From Alphaproteobacteria bacterium (lineage in GTDB: Bacteria > Pseudomonadota > Alphaproteobacteria > CALKHQ01), in the NCBI GenBank assembly GCA_965227515.1, contig CBDDFZ010000001.1:3296001-3360000 (forward strand): 64,000 nt of DNA, written 5' to 3'. Position 1 is the stretch's first letter; the number at the start of each line of letters is the position of its first letter. Under the pieces are notes generated by a model that ran no database searches, had not been told where the DNA came from, and saw only the letters and a program-made list of their open reading frames with translations. The translations under genes and the position numbers were made by a program. Shown here piece by piece: positions 34,773-43,851 of this stretch.

Positions 34773-34790
34773 TCGGTTCCTCCGAACTCA

Positions 34791-34852
34791 GTGTGTGTAT
34801 GTTGGTCCGACTATGCGCATATGTCAAGCGCCGTCACCAAACATACACACAC
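34791..34852 (-). promoter_or_regulatory. Promoter flanked by a 13-bp perfect inverted repeat (probable autoregulatory operator)
   Basis: GTGTGTGTATGTT (34791-34803) / AACATACACACAC (34840-34852); TTGACA on the minus strand at 34822-34827. Confidence 0.65.
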
Positions 34853-34888
34853 ACGGGTGCGTTTGTCCCACCCTTGGTAAGGGTGGGA

Positions 34889-35086
34889 TCAGTGCACCGT
34901 CCCTGCCGGCGCCTGTAGGGCCTCGACGGCGCGGAGGATACGCAGCCAAGCCGCATGGCCGTCGTCGTCGCCGCGCTGCTGCATCTCTTCGGCCCGCACC
35001 TGTGCCTCAAGTGCGGCGGTGCTGCCAAGGCGCTGAATCAGCAGGTTGGCTGTGCGATAGATGTCCAGGTCACTTGGCTGCGGCAT
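34889..35086 (-). CDS. Small hypothetical protein
   Basis: 65 aa MPQPSDLDIYRTANLL; TGATG coupling to the upstream gene. Confidence 0.7.
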   Translation of the reverse strand: MPQPSDLDIYRTANLLIQRLGSTAALEAQVRAEEMQQRGDDDGHAAWLRILRAVEALQAPAGTVH

Positions 35087-37935
35087 CAGAAGTTCGGCAT
35101 CTCGATATCGCGCTCGTCTAGTATCTGGCGCGCCAATTTCTCGCGCTCGCGTTCCCGTCGGTCGTCGGTCCACGGGACGGTGGACAGGCGCTCCATCTCA
35201 GCAAGTTCGGCCTCCAAGCGCTCCATCTCCTGCGTGTTCAGATACGGGACATTTGACTCACGTTCAGGCGCCTCTTCCTCAACCTCGATATCGGCGCTGA
35301 TACCAACGGCGGCGGCCGCCGCACCAGCGCCGCCAGTCATCGCATCAAGAGCCCCATCAACCAATGCGTCAACCGCGATATCGGCGCCTTGTTCCAAGGC
35401 CTCCTGTTCGTCGACATGCAGCGGCGCAAGGGCCACCAGTTCCTCGGCGGTCCAGGTGCGGATATTGCCTTGCGCATCCACCAGCAACCGCCCAAAGGAC
35501 CGCACGCCCGGCCCGTCGGTTGGCATGACAAGCGCGAAGTTGCCCTGGTGGTTGATCCAGCGTGCCCCGTCAACCCGCCCCGTCCAGGTAGCTCGCATTA
35601 TGCGCTGCTCTACTGGCGACGAAAAGGCGCCATCCAAGAAGTCGGCATAGTAGGTCAGCGGATCAATGGCATGTAACATCTCCCGCGCAACCTGCATGCC
35701 CTCGACGATCTCTTGTCCCTGGGCTCTCGGCACAAACGCGGCGCCGACGGCGGAGTCGATGGGAACCTCGTCCTTGTAGAGAAGATCTATCGCCATCTTG
35801 ATCGCGCGCTCGGCAGGCGTGCTTGTGTCGCCAAAAGCCATCACGCCGATGCTCTGCCCAAAGCCCCCCTCAACCTGCTCGGGCGTGCGGGCCAGGATCG
35901 CAATGGCAAGCTGCGTTGCCGCCGCCTTGTCCTCGTCCGCTATCTCACGCAACAGTTCGGTCGAGCCGACCATGCCCATGAGGTCGGCATAGACATGGCC
36001 GCGTGCAGCCTCGTAGTACGTGTTGACGTCTCGCAACACGTGGTTTCGATCAGCCTCTGACGAATATTGCTCCTTGAAGCGGTCCATCGCCCCGCTATCC
36101 ATGAGCATGTTGGCGATGAATGTGCGCTCGGTGAACGAGTCTGCCGGTGCCGAGACCACGTGACGCCAGAACGGATTGATGCCGGCGTCGATCAGTTGAT
36201 CCATGACCGCCAGTTCCATCGGCTCATCGTCCAGCGCCACCGTCAGGCCCATCAACAACTCGGTCTTGTCGCCCATGTCCTCGGCACGGCGGAAGGTATC
36301 CAGCACGCTGTCCATCATGGCGGCGGGGAATGGCTTCCATTGTTCGGCGTCGGCCGCCAAGGCGCCTTGGCGGCTCCACAGTTCGCGAATGACGGCGCGT
36401 TGCTGCGATGCAGTCCCGCCGTCCGCGAAAGCCGTCGCGAACCGCTCGGCAAGCTCCGGTGACTGCTGCAGCACATAGCCCGGAAGGTCAGCCCCGCGCT
36501 CGCCTAGGATCTTCTGAGCTTGCCCCTGCAATGCCTCGGCGCGGCGCATCCGCGTGGCCAGGTCAGGCCCGCCAGCTTCTAGCGCCGCGCGCTCGTCTGC
36601 GATCATCGCTTCCAGCTCGGCATTCGACATGCCGTGCATGGCCTCGAACTCGCCGGCAAGGCTTCGTGCAGCCTGCAACCCTTCCATCACCTCCGTGCCG
36701 GATGCCGGGTCGAAGCGGTAGGCGCGCATCACCTGGTCGGTCGTCAAGGGATCGGTCACGGGAATGCCGAGTTGCAGCGCCGCGACTTCATCCTCCACCC
36801 GTGCCGCAACGTCGGCCCGCAAGGCGGAGTCCATGTCGAATGCGCGGGCCTCGGCACGGGCATAGAGCCGGTCGGCCTGTTCAGGCGTCAGGCCCTCGAT
36901 CGGCACGCGCTCCGGCAGCATCGGCGCGACAGGCGTCGCGGGCGGCGGTGCCGACTGGACGGGTGTAGACGGCTCGGGCACCGCCAACGCCAGTTCGCGA
37001 AGCTCGTCCAGGCCCTCGGCGGTGTCTTCTACGTCGTTGTTGTCCAACACCCGCGCCAGCTCGCGCACGTAGTCCATTGGCGCGACTGCCTCGCCGGCAC
37101 CGGGCGGGCCACCGGTCTGCACCGCAAACCGCGCGTGATCGCCAAACAACTCGACCGCCCGGTTGAACACCGCAGCGCCTCGTTCGCGGTCGCCAACTTC
37201 GGGCGCATAGACCGTGTCGTCCGGTGGTGCGGCGGCAGGTTGTGGCGGTGCCGTTGGCACGGCGCCATGCGCCTGTAGCCATCCATGCGGGTCGCGGGAA
37301 ATGGCAGCCGAGTGATAGGCATAGCGGTAATCAGCACGCCGCGACTCGAGCAATTCCACGCCAGCCGTGCGCGTGATCAGGCCAGATGAAACCATGCCGC
37401 CGATGGTGAGCCCGATGGTGTCCAGATCGGCCGCCATGTTTGCGGTCGGCATCGAGGCATGAGCCACAAGGTCGTTCAGCGCGGCGGTGGACTGCGCCAG
37501 GTTGTGGTCATCCTCGCGCGCCAATGCCAGGTCACGGACAGCGATGCCAACCCGTCCGACCAGCCCCTCATTGCGGTTGCCGACCGTATCCAGCAAGTCG
37601 GTCTGCAATGCATCCATGACGGTGGGATCGTAGTTCTGTTGCCCCAGCACGCCCGGCAGCGTGGCCCGAAATTCCTCGAACTTCACGGCATAGCTGGCGA
37701 AGTCCTGGTCCTGGTCGAGCTGCTGGAGGAACTGGTCCGACAGATTGCGGATGGTCGCCCTGCCCTCCGACAGTTGCACCGCGCGCAACTGCTCTAGGCG
37801 CTGGTCGACCTCTCCGGTGGCCAGTTCCCCAAACTGCTGCAGCGCTGCACCGCCCTGCCCGAACGATGCCGGGTTGACGGTGGCCGCCCGCCCGGCCTGG
37901 ACCGTCGTGCGCGGCGTGTAGGGAATGATCGGCAT
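35086..37935 (-). CDS. Large helical protein, putative podophage-type internal virion/ejection protein
   Basis: 949 aa; N-terminus MPIIPYTP...PASFGQGGAALQQFG resembles podophage injected proteins (inference). Confidence 0.55.
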   Translation of the reverse strand: MPIIPYTPRTTVQAGRAATVNPASFGQGGAALQQFGELATGEVDQRLEQLRAVQLSEGRATIRNLSDQFLQQLDQDQDFASYAVKFEEFRATLPGVLGQQNYDPTVMDALQTDLLDTVGNRNEGLVGRVGIAVRDLALAREDDHNLAQSTAALNDLVAHASMPTANMAADLDTIGLTIGGMVSSGLITRTAGVELLESRRADYRYAYHSAAISRDPHGWLQAHGAVPTAPPQPAAAPPDDTVYAPEVGDRERGAAVFNRAVELFGDHARFAVQTGGPPGAGEAVAPMDYVRELARVLDNNDVEDTAEGLDELRELALAVPEPSTPVQSAPPPATPVAPMLPERVPIEGLTPEQADRLYARAEARAFDMDSALRADVAARVEDEVAALQLGIPVTDPLTTDQVMRAYRFDPASGTEVMEGLQAARSLAGEFEAMHGMSNAELEAMIADERAALEAGGPDLATRMRRAEALQGQAQKILGERGADLPGYVLQQSPELAERFATAFADGGTASQQRAVIRELWSRQGALAADAEQWKPFPAAMMDSVLDTFRRAEDMGDKTELLMGLTVALDDEPMELAVMDQLIDAGINPFWRHVVSAPADSFTERTFIANMLMDSGAMDRFKEQYSSEADRNHVLRDVNTYYEAARGHVYADLMGMVGSTELLREIADEDKAAATQLAIAILARTPEQVEGGFGQSIGVMAFGDTSTPAERAIKMAIDLLYKDEVPIDSAVGAAFVPRAQGQEIVEGMQVAREMLHAIDPLTYYADFLDGAFSSPVEQRIMRATWTGRVDGARWINHQGNFALVMPTDGPGVRSFGRLLVDAQGNIRTWTAEELVALAPLHVDEQEALEQGADIAVDALVDGALDAMTGGAGAAAAAVGISADIEVEEEAPERESNVPYLNTQEMERLEAELAEMERLSTVPWTDDRREREREKLARQILDERDIEMPNF

Positions 37936-38312
37936 CAGGGACCGTCGTACGGCTCGACCGTGATGTGCCATGCCGAGACGCGACCGTGATCCTCCGCCTT
38001 CGGCTCGCGACTGGTAACTAGCAGTTGCATGCGGCTGTGAGGCTTCACGCCACCGCGCCAGGTCGGGCTACCAGCCGCGCGGGCCTCGAACTTGCCAGGG
38101 CCGTATAGGCATAGGATTGTGTCGTCGACGTACAGGATTTCGCCATAGGCGCTGTCGAACCAGCCCGGCGCCAGGATTTCCTCCGGCGTTGCGTGCGTCA
38201 TTAGCGTCCAACGCGAGGGGCACGATCCAACTGATTCCGTCCGAACCATGTCTTGCCTGCCCAGGTGAACCGGCGGACGATCTGTCGGCTTTTCGAGCGT
38301 TTTGGTAGTCAT
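37935..38312 (-). CDS. Hypothetical phage protein
   Basis: Translationally coupled on both sides; EEILAPGWFD...VDDTIL recalls small capsid-adjacent podophage proteins. Confidence 0.55.
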   Translation of the reverse strand: MTTKTLEKPTDRPPVHLGRQDMVRTESVGSCPSRWTLMTHATPEEILAPGWFDSAYGEILYVDDTILCLYGPGKFEARAAGSPTWRGGVKPHSRMQLLVTSREPKAEDHGRVSAWHITVEPYDGP

Positions 38313-39055
38313 CTCTTTCTCCGTTCAATGTTGTAGTGCGTAGGCATTGGTCGCCGTCTTTCCGCTGTGCGCGGCTTGGCGAAGCGCAGGCTCATGACGG
38401 CAATGCGCGTTGCCGACAGCAAGTCGTCGGCTTCCTTCACGATCTTCCCGGCCTTGCGGTGATAAAGGCGGAATTCCTCGAACCAGTCGGCCAGGTGCGA
38501 GAACACCTTGAAGCGGCCGGCCTGCATGTATTCCAGCATCTGAGTGATGCCGGCCTCGGTGCCGAAGCCGCCGTCCTCGTGGGTCGCGTGCTCAGGCAGC
38601 ATGTTGAGCCCCCGGCGGCGGTATCCGCCCGCCAGCGCCTCGCCTGAGCCCTTGTCGTGCTGGTGACCGTCGTGCGGCCAGGCCCAGGGCATCGCCGGTC
38701 CCCAGGGCTTGATGGCGTCGACGTGGATGGCCGGAGTTTCCTCGCGCGCCCGATAGCACTGCGCCACGTAGATCACGTCATCGTCGCGGTCCCAGGCCAG
38801 CTTCACGGCGCCGAAAGGATGGTCCCAACCGAAGTCCATGCCACCGATGCAGGCGTAAAAGTCCGGCACCTTGAACGGCGCGCAGGTGATGCCTTCCTCG
38901 GCCACAGGAAAAACCCGGCCGCTGCCCAGCATCGGCACGCCCTTGGCACGGGCTTCGCGCTCGTGGGCGGGGTAGTCCGCAGCGATGCGCTCGCGTTCCT
39001 CCGGGCTGAAATGCTCGGCATCGTCCAGCGTCAGGAAGGTGACGTGTTTCGTCAT
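38309..39055 (-). CDS. Terminase large subunit, C-terminal nuclease half
   Basis: YPAHEREARAKGVP, GMDFGWDHP, WPHDG, DDLLSATR (P22-like RNase H fold). Confidence 0.9.
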   Translation of the reverse strand: MTKHVTFLTLDDAEHFSPEERERIAADYPAHEREARAKGVPMLGSGRVFPVAEEGITCAPFKVPDFYACIGGMDFGWDHPFGAVKLAWDRDDDVIYVAQCYRAREETPAIHVDAIKPWGPAMPWAWPHDGHQHDKGSGEALAGGYRRRGLNMLPEHATHEDGGFGTEAGITQMLEYMQAGRFKVFSHLADWFEEFRLYHRKAGKIVKEADDLLSATRIAVMSLRFAKPRTAERRRPMPTHYNIERRKR

Positions 39056-39834
39056 CGGCGCCGCACCCGGTAGTGGCTTGGAAGCGGCTTCGGCGGGATC
39101 TTCACGCCCATCGGGTCGTCATCGGCCTCGGTCCAACCCGGCGGGTCAACCAGTTCGGGTTCGCCCTCGTCCACGTCCTGGTGGATGAAGCCGCGCACCA
39201 CTTCCGACATGCCCAACAGCGGTGTCATCGTCGCCAATGCGATGCCGCGGTTGTCGGATAGCCGGGCCAAGCCCTCGTTGTAGATATCGACGGGCGGTTC
39301 CTCGTCGTACCAAATCAAATGCAGCGCCGCGCCCTGCCACTTCTCGCGGCCCTTTTCATAGGTCTTGAAGCCCAGGATGGATTGGCCGCCGGTCACATGC
39401 TTGATGATCACCTGGTCGAGCGCGTCGGCAACCGTGCGGGCCATCGAGTGCGGCCCCAGGGCATCGCCCGGTATCATCCCCGTGCCCCAGGACGATCTGT
39501 CGGCGGGCGGGCCAATCAGCTTCTCTTGCGGAACGTCGCGCGTGGACTCGGACGTGATGCCGGATGCCCAGGCAACTATCGGCTCGCCAAACCGCTTGCC
39601 CTTCCACCAGTCCGGATATCGGCCAGTCAGGTGCATCGCGACTTCGGCGCCGCCGGCCAGCGTCTTGCCGCATCGATTGCCTCCCAACAGCAAGCGCTCG
39701 CGGTGCTCGGCACCAGCGGCATGGAACTCAGCCTGTTTCGGATAGGGTCGATACCTGGATAGCTTGCGGCGGGCCTTGCGGCGGGCCAGCTCGGCAAGCT
39801 CGGCATCGAGTTCCTTGAGCGCCTCAGCCGTCAT
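39052..39834 (-). CDS. Terminase large subunit, N-terminal ATPase half
   Basis: PYPKQAEFH, Walker A GGNRCGKT, Walker B IWYDEEP, TMTP coupling motif. Confidence 0.92.
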   Translation of the reverse strand: MTAEALKELDAELAELARRKARRKLSRYRPYPKQAEFHAAGAEHRERLLLGGNRCGKTLAGGAEVAMHLTGRYPDWWKGKRFGEPIVAWASGITSESTRDVPQEKLIGPPADRSSWGTGMIPGDALGPHSMARTVADALDQVIIKHVTGGQSILGFKTYEKGREKWQGAALHLIWYDEEPPVDIYNEGLARLSDNRGIALATMTPLLGMSEVVRGFIHQDVDEGEPELVDPPGWTEADDDPMGVKIPPKPLPSHYRVRRR

Positions 39835-40258
39835 GTTCGATGACCTTCGCGGCCAGCCCCAACTGACGCATCTTCGCCGCAATGGATGCCTCGATCTGTT
39901 CGTCGGTGCGAGTGTCCATCTGCACCCGCGCGTCTACCCGGTCGACAAGGTGGCCACTCAGCTTGCCCTGCAACTCGGTCGCCTTCACGGCGGCGCTGTG
40001 CTGGCCGGCTTCCCGTGCCGCCTCACGGTCTTCCTTGAGCTGGGTCATCAGCTTGTCGACGGTGAATTCGTTCCGCTTTGCCGTCTCGGCCTGGATCTCG
40101 GCAATGCGAACCTTCACGTCGTCGCGCTTGAGCAACTCCCGCGCCCGGTACCGCCCGCCCCGATAGCCCGCCTGCCGCGCGGCCTCAGCCCCGGAATTCC
40201 CGGCGGCATAGGCAATGGCAAACGCTTCCATGCGAGGATTCCAGCGGTAACGGGCCAT
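39824..40258 (-). CDS. Terminase small subunit
   Basis: FAIAYAAGNSGAEAARQAGY helix-turn-helix, LLKRDDVKVRI, AVKATELQGK; directly upstream of terL. Confidence 0.85.
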   Translation of the reverse strand: MARYRWNPRMEAFAIAYAAGNSGAEAARQAGYRGGRYRARELLKRDDVKVRIAEIQAETAKRNEFTVDKLMTQLKEDREAAREAGQHSAAVKATELQGKLSGHLVDRVDARVQMDTRTDEQIEASIAAKMRQLGLAAKVIEHDG

Positions 40259-40938
40259 CAGCCCAAGCTGCCATCCGCCGGCTTGTCGCCGTACAACCGC
40301 GTCGCCAACCGCATGCCGATATCGGCCAGCCGCTTGGCTTCGTCACGGTCGCCGCGCCTGTTTGCATCTATGGACTGCCCCACAGCCTTCTGACGGGCGC
40401 GCTCCAGCCGGGCACGCTCCGTTGCACTCAATTCCTCGGGTTCCACTCCATCACTCCTTTCACCAACTTCGCCATGGTCGGCGGGGGTTGCGTAGATTCC
40501 AGGCCATGCCGTCTGGCGGCGGGCCGATAGCTCCCGCTTGGCCAGGGCCGACAACAGGCCGACATCCTTGTCCAGCCCCGCCTTCACGCCAGCGTTCACC
40601 AATGCCGGAGGAAGGCTGGACAGGGCGGACTGCACCAACCGGACGTTCAGGTCGTAGTCGCCGCCCCAGGCCCGCTTGAGGTTGCCCGCAAGGGTCGGGT
40701 CCGTCTTGGCGAACTCGGCAGGCGTCGGCACGTCATCGCCCAGCGTGCTGCCCAGGTAGCTCGTCAGGTTGCGCAGCGACTCCGGGCTCTGCCCCTCAAC
40801 GCCAGGCGCAAGCCCAGGTGTCGGGTCGTCGTGCTCGAACTCCGCGAAGTCCTCTACCGGGGCGGGCCTGTCCTCAAGGAACGCCTCGACATCGGCGTCG
40901 ATAAGCGCCTCTTGCGCTTCGGCGGGAATCTCACTCAT
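40258..40938 (-). CDS. Hypothetical protein, capsid scaffolding-like
   Basis: Acidic Pro-rich N-terminus; LKRAWGGDYDLNV...GLDKDVGLLSALAK resembles podophage scaffold motifs (inference). Confidence 0.5.
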   Translation of the reverse strand: MSEIPAEAQEALIDADVEAFLEDRPAPVEDFAEFEHDDPTPGLAPGVEGQSPESLRNLTSYLGSTLGDDVPTPAEFAKTDPTLAGNLKRAWGGDYDLNVRLVQSALSSLPPALVNAGVKAGLDKDVGLLSALAKRELSARRQTAWPGIYATPADHGEVGERSDGVEPEELSATERARLERARQKAVGQSIDANRRGDRDEAKRLADIGMRLATRLYGDKPADGSLG

Positions 40939-41165
40939 CGACCGGCAAGCCGCTTGTTGCGCTCGGCAGGCGTCTCGGTCTTGCCAATGCCGTAGTCAGC
41001 TTCGGCGAAGTGCTGCCGCAGCGGCCCCCTGCCATGGCCGCCAATCAAGCCGTGCAGGCCACCGGCGGGAACGTCCATGCTGACGCGCCAGCATCCGCCC
41101 GGCAGGCCCTGCAACACCTTCATCTCGGATTGGTCGTCAATGACCGCGCACACCAGCTTCGCCAT
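40935..41165 (-). CDS. Small hypothetical protein
   Basis: ATGA coupling to the next gene. Confidence 0.6.
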   Translation of the reverse strand: MAKLVCAVIDDQSEMKVLQGLPGGCWRVSMDVPAGGLHGLIGGHGRGPLRQHFAEADYGIGKTETPAERNKRLAGR

Positions 41166-41167
41166 CG

Positions 41168-41356
41168 TCAGGCCGCCTGCGCCGTGATCGTCACGACACC
41201 TGCCGTGGTGCCGTTCGTGGCGAACTCTTGCGCAATTGTCCGCAGCACCGGGTCACGGTGGCTGGTCAGGTTGTTGTGAACGTCGTACCCCGCGTCCGCG
41301 CTGCCGATCTTTATCGACACCGCGTCAGCCTCGTATCTCACTGTCGTGCTGGCCAT
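41168..41356 (-). CDS. Small hypothetical protein, first gene of the packaging operon
   Basis: GGAGGG RBS, start MASTTVRY. Confidence 0.6.
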   Translation of the reverse strand: MASTTVRYEADAVSIKIGSADAGYDVHNNLTSHRDPVLRTIAQEFATNGTTAGVVTITAQAA

Positions 41357-41558
41357 GTGGCCCTCCGTACCTATCACGTACCTATTTCTGAGTATGGACT
41401 AAAAACGCCACAAAAACAATGATGAACAACTGATAAAAGGTCAGTCACTCGTTTCCAGTGGCGATGCGAGATGCGCGGCAGGTTGGTTCAAGGCAGTCAT
41501 CGCGCGCGTGGCTCGAAGTGGCTTGCAGAGGCTCTCTCCACGCCATCAGAAACAAACC

Positions 41559-41669
41559 GGACAAGACGGACACAACCGGACATGTCCGCCAAATGTCCGG
41601 AAGCACTGCCAACCGGACAGACAGGACATGGACATAAGTAATGTCCTGTCCTGTCCGGGTGCTTTGTCC
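41559..41669. repeat. GGACA/TGTCC iteron cluster, putative replication origin
   Basis: Six GGACA and six TGTCC pentamers in 111 bp of non-coding DNA downstream of the helicase operon. Confidence 0.75.
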
Positions 41670-41674
41670 GGCTC

Positions 41675-42001
41675 TCAGAAGTGGAAGTGAGGGTCGTCGT
41701 TGTCGTTTGCAATTTCGGTGCGATGGTCATCGGTGCACTGGCCGGCTGCCGGATTGTGGATGGGCTCGACTTCTTTGTAGTCCTCCAGCTTCCTGGCGTT
41801 GGCGTCCCAGTCTGCCTGGGTTTCCAGGTGCCAGTCTGAGAACATGTCCACGCCGCCGGACCAAGCGGTGCGGTGCTCATCGCAGACGAACACATGCACC
41901 CTTCCCACGTTGAGGTAGCCGTCCGACTTGCCGCAACGAGGGCAGCCGCCGAAATAGTGCTCGGCAGCGTTCGCCATGATCTGGTCGTGTGTCAGTGCCA
42001 T
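41675..42001 (-). CDS. Small Zn-finger-like hypothetical protein
   Basis: GCPRCG...VCDEH; GAAGGGAAG RBS-like sequence. Confidence 0.65.
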   Translation of the reverse strand: MALTHDQIMANAAEHYFGGCPRCGKSDGYLNVGRVHVFVCDEHRTAWSGGVDMFSDWHLETQADWDANARKLEDYKEVEPIHNPAAGQCTDDHRTEIANDNDDPHFHF

Positions 42002-42012
42002 CGGTCTTCCCT

Positions 42013-43089
42013 TCATGAAGTCCATGCGTAGTTCCCCCAGACGCCAACCATCCCCTTCTCCTGGAGGCTGGTAAGCGAACGCTTGAAGGCCTTCTGGCGT
42101 GCGTCCTGTCCGTCGATGCCGGCACCTTCGTAGAAGTACGAGCGCCACAAGCTCAGCGTTACGACAGGCTGGTTCATCGGTATGTGGTTGCTGGCTGGCG
42201 CTATCTCGCCTTCATCGGCTAATGCCTTTTTCAACAGATCCAGCGCCACCTTCGCCTGTCCGCGCACCTGGCGGCCGACCGGCTCGGCCTGATAGTCGTC
42301 TTCCTCGACCACGCATGAGGTGAGGTCGTCGCCGTCGTCGTCCACGCCGACCGTGACGGATGCGAGCCTGGAAGCGATCACGTCGCCCTCGGGGCCGTCC
42401 TTCATGTCCTCGACAGTGGCGGTGATGGTTCCGCTGGCGGTGCGCTGCACGGCGATCTGTGCATCGGCTGCGGCGGTCAGGGACGTGTGTCCGCGCGGGC
42501 GGGTGCCATCGATACCGCAGTGATGGACCACAACGACGGCGCAATCGAACGCCTGGCGGATGGCGTCGGCTGCCGCGATGTATGCGCCCATGGCTTCGTC
42601 GTCACGCTCAGAACCGACCAATGAGCGGTTCAGGGTGTCCAGGACGACTGCGACAGGTGGCTGATCCTGCATCTGTGTGCGGATAGCTGGGATCAGGGCC
42701 TCATGCTCCCTGATCAGGTCAATGCGCACCGGAAGCAGGCGGAATGGTACCGGCTCCACCGACTCCGCCAGCTTGACCATACGGAAGGCCTCGGCTCGCA
42801 GATTGAAGCCGTCGGCGCCCTCGAAGGCGCAATAGACCACCGGGCCTTGCGTGACACGCCGACCGCGATATTCCCAGCCCAGCGCCACGTGCATCGCGGC
42901 ATCGAAGGCCCAGAACGACTTGCCGCACTTCGGCGGTCCCCAAACCACCGTCAGTCCGCGCCTCGGCATCAGGCCTTTGATCAAATATTGACGGCCGCCG
43001 CGGGGGCGTAGGGCATCGAACGGCAGCAATGCGAACCGGGGCGGTGTCGCCTTGTCGAAGTCGTCATTCAGATCCCTAAGCTGCTGCAT
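42013..43089 (-). CDS. RepA-like AAA (SF4-type) replicative helicase
   Basis: GPPKCGKS, VVLDTLNR, VVHH, RPRGHTSL. Confidence 0.88.
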   Translation of the reverse strand: MQQLRDLNDDFDKATPPRFALLPFDALRPRGGRQYLIKGLMPRRGLTVVWGPPKCGKSFWAFDAAMHVALGWEYRGRRVTQGPVVYCAFEGADGFNLRAEAFRMVKLAESVEPVPFRLLPVRIDLIREHEALIPAIRTQMQDQPPVAVVLDTLNRSLVGSERDDEAMGAYIAAADAIRQAFDCAVVVVHHCGIDGTRPRGHTSLTAAADAQIAVQRTASGTITATVEDMKDGPEGDVIASRLASVTVGVDDDGDDLTSCVVEEDDYQAEPVGRQVRGQAKVALDLLKKALADEGEIAPASNHIPMNQPVVTLSLWRSYFYEGAGIDGQDARQKAFKRSLTSLQEKGMVGVWGNYAWTS

Positions 43090-43771
43090 CCAACTCTCCC
43101 GCCGGCCACAGTCGTGCGTCGATGCCGGCAGTCGTCAGCTTCAGCAGCGCCTCGGTGTCGTCGGTCAAGGCGCGGTCGACACCCCACAGCTCGTGCGGAT
43201 CGTCGTTCAGCCACACGACGCCAGGGCCATGCACCTGCCTGTGCCATGCCGCGACTGTGCCGTAGACGACCAGCGGCTCGTCGCAGATCAGGGCGCGGTC
43301 GATGGGATCAGGCCCGATGCCGCAGCCCAGGATGCCGGGGAAGCGTAGCCGCAGGTAGGTCTGGCGACTGTTCGGCCTCCACGCTACCGAATTGAGCACC
43401 TCCCCGTGAGGCGAGCGCATCGGGCTGATACACCACAGTTCGGATGGCCGGGTCAGCCGGTCGGACAGAAGGTGGTCGGGGAACGGCGCGTATCGCCCGG
43501 CCCCAACCAGGATGCGGTCAACGCCGATCAGGTCGGTTGCCTTCTGCATCTCCAGCGTGATGGCGTGGGCGCGCAACCGGTCGTTCAGGCCGTAACGCTC
43601 GGCCAGGCGCTGAGCGATGGCCAACTCGTGGTGGAAGTCCACGTCCGGTTGAACATCTGCGGCGAAGGCGGTATGATCAGCGTCGGAATTGAAGCCAGCC
43701 AGCTCAATCCATTCTTCCGCCGCCCCGGTTCCGCCAACCGTGGGCGGCGGTTTCGTATCAAGCTGCGTCAC
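43076..43771 (-). CDS. Hypothetical protein coupled to the helicase (possible primase-related)
   Basis: Overlaps the helicase start; VAWRP...LR...LG...PLVV pattern; function is inference. Confidence 0.6.
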   Translation of the reverse strand: MTQLDTKPPPTVGGTGAAEEWIELAGFNSDADHTAFAADVQPDVDFHHELAIAQRLAERYGLNDRLRAHAITLEMQKATDLIGVDRILVGAGRYAPFPDHLLSDRLTRPSELWCISPMRSPHGEVLNSVAWRPNSRQTYLRLRFPGILGCGIGPDPIDRALICDEPLVVYGTVAAWHRQVHGPGVVWLNDDPHELWGVDRALTDDTEALLKLTTAGIDARLWPAGELDAAA

Positions 43772-43784
43772 CCGAAATTCCCTG

Positions 43785-43836
43785 TTGACGTGGCTTCATA
43801 ATGACACCATCATAAGTGGCTTCATTATGAAGTCAA
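43785..43836. promoter_or_regulatory. Divergent promoter/operator region
   Basis: Two imperfect palindromes TGGCTTCATAATGACACCA (43791) and TGGCTTCATTATGAAGTCA (43817), with TTGAC on each strand. Confidence 0.7.
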
Positions 43837-43851
43837 CCGGGGAGTTCGTGC

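Noticed and set aside
41559-41669. Possible CRISPR or mini-array
   Set aside because: 5-bp units in both orientations with no spacers and no cas genes; no CRISPR array seen anywhere in the window
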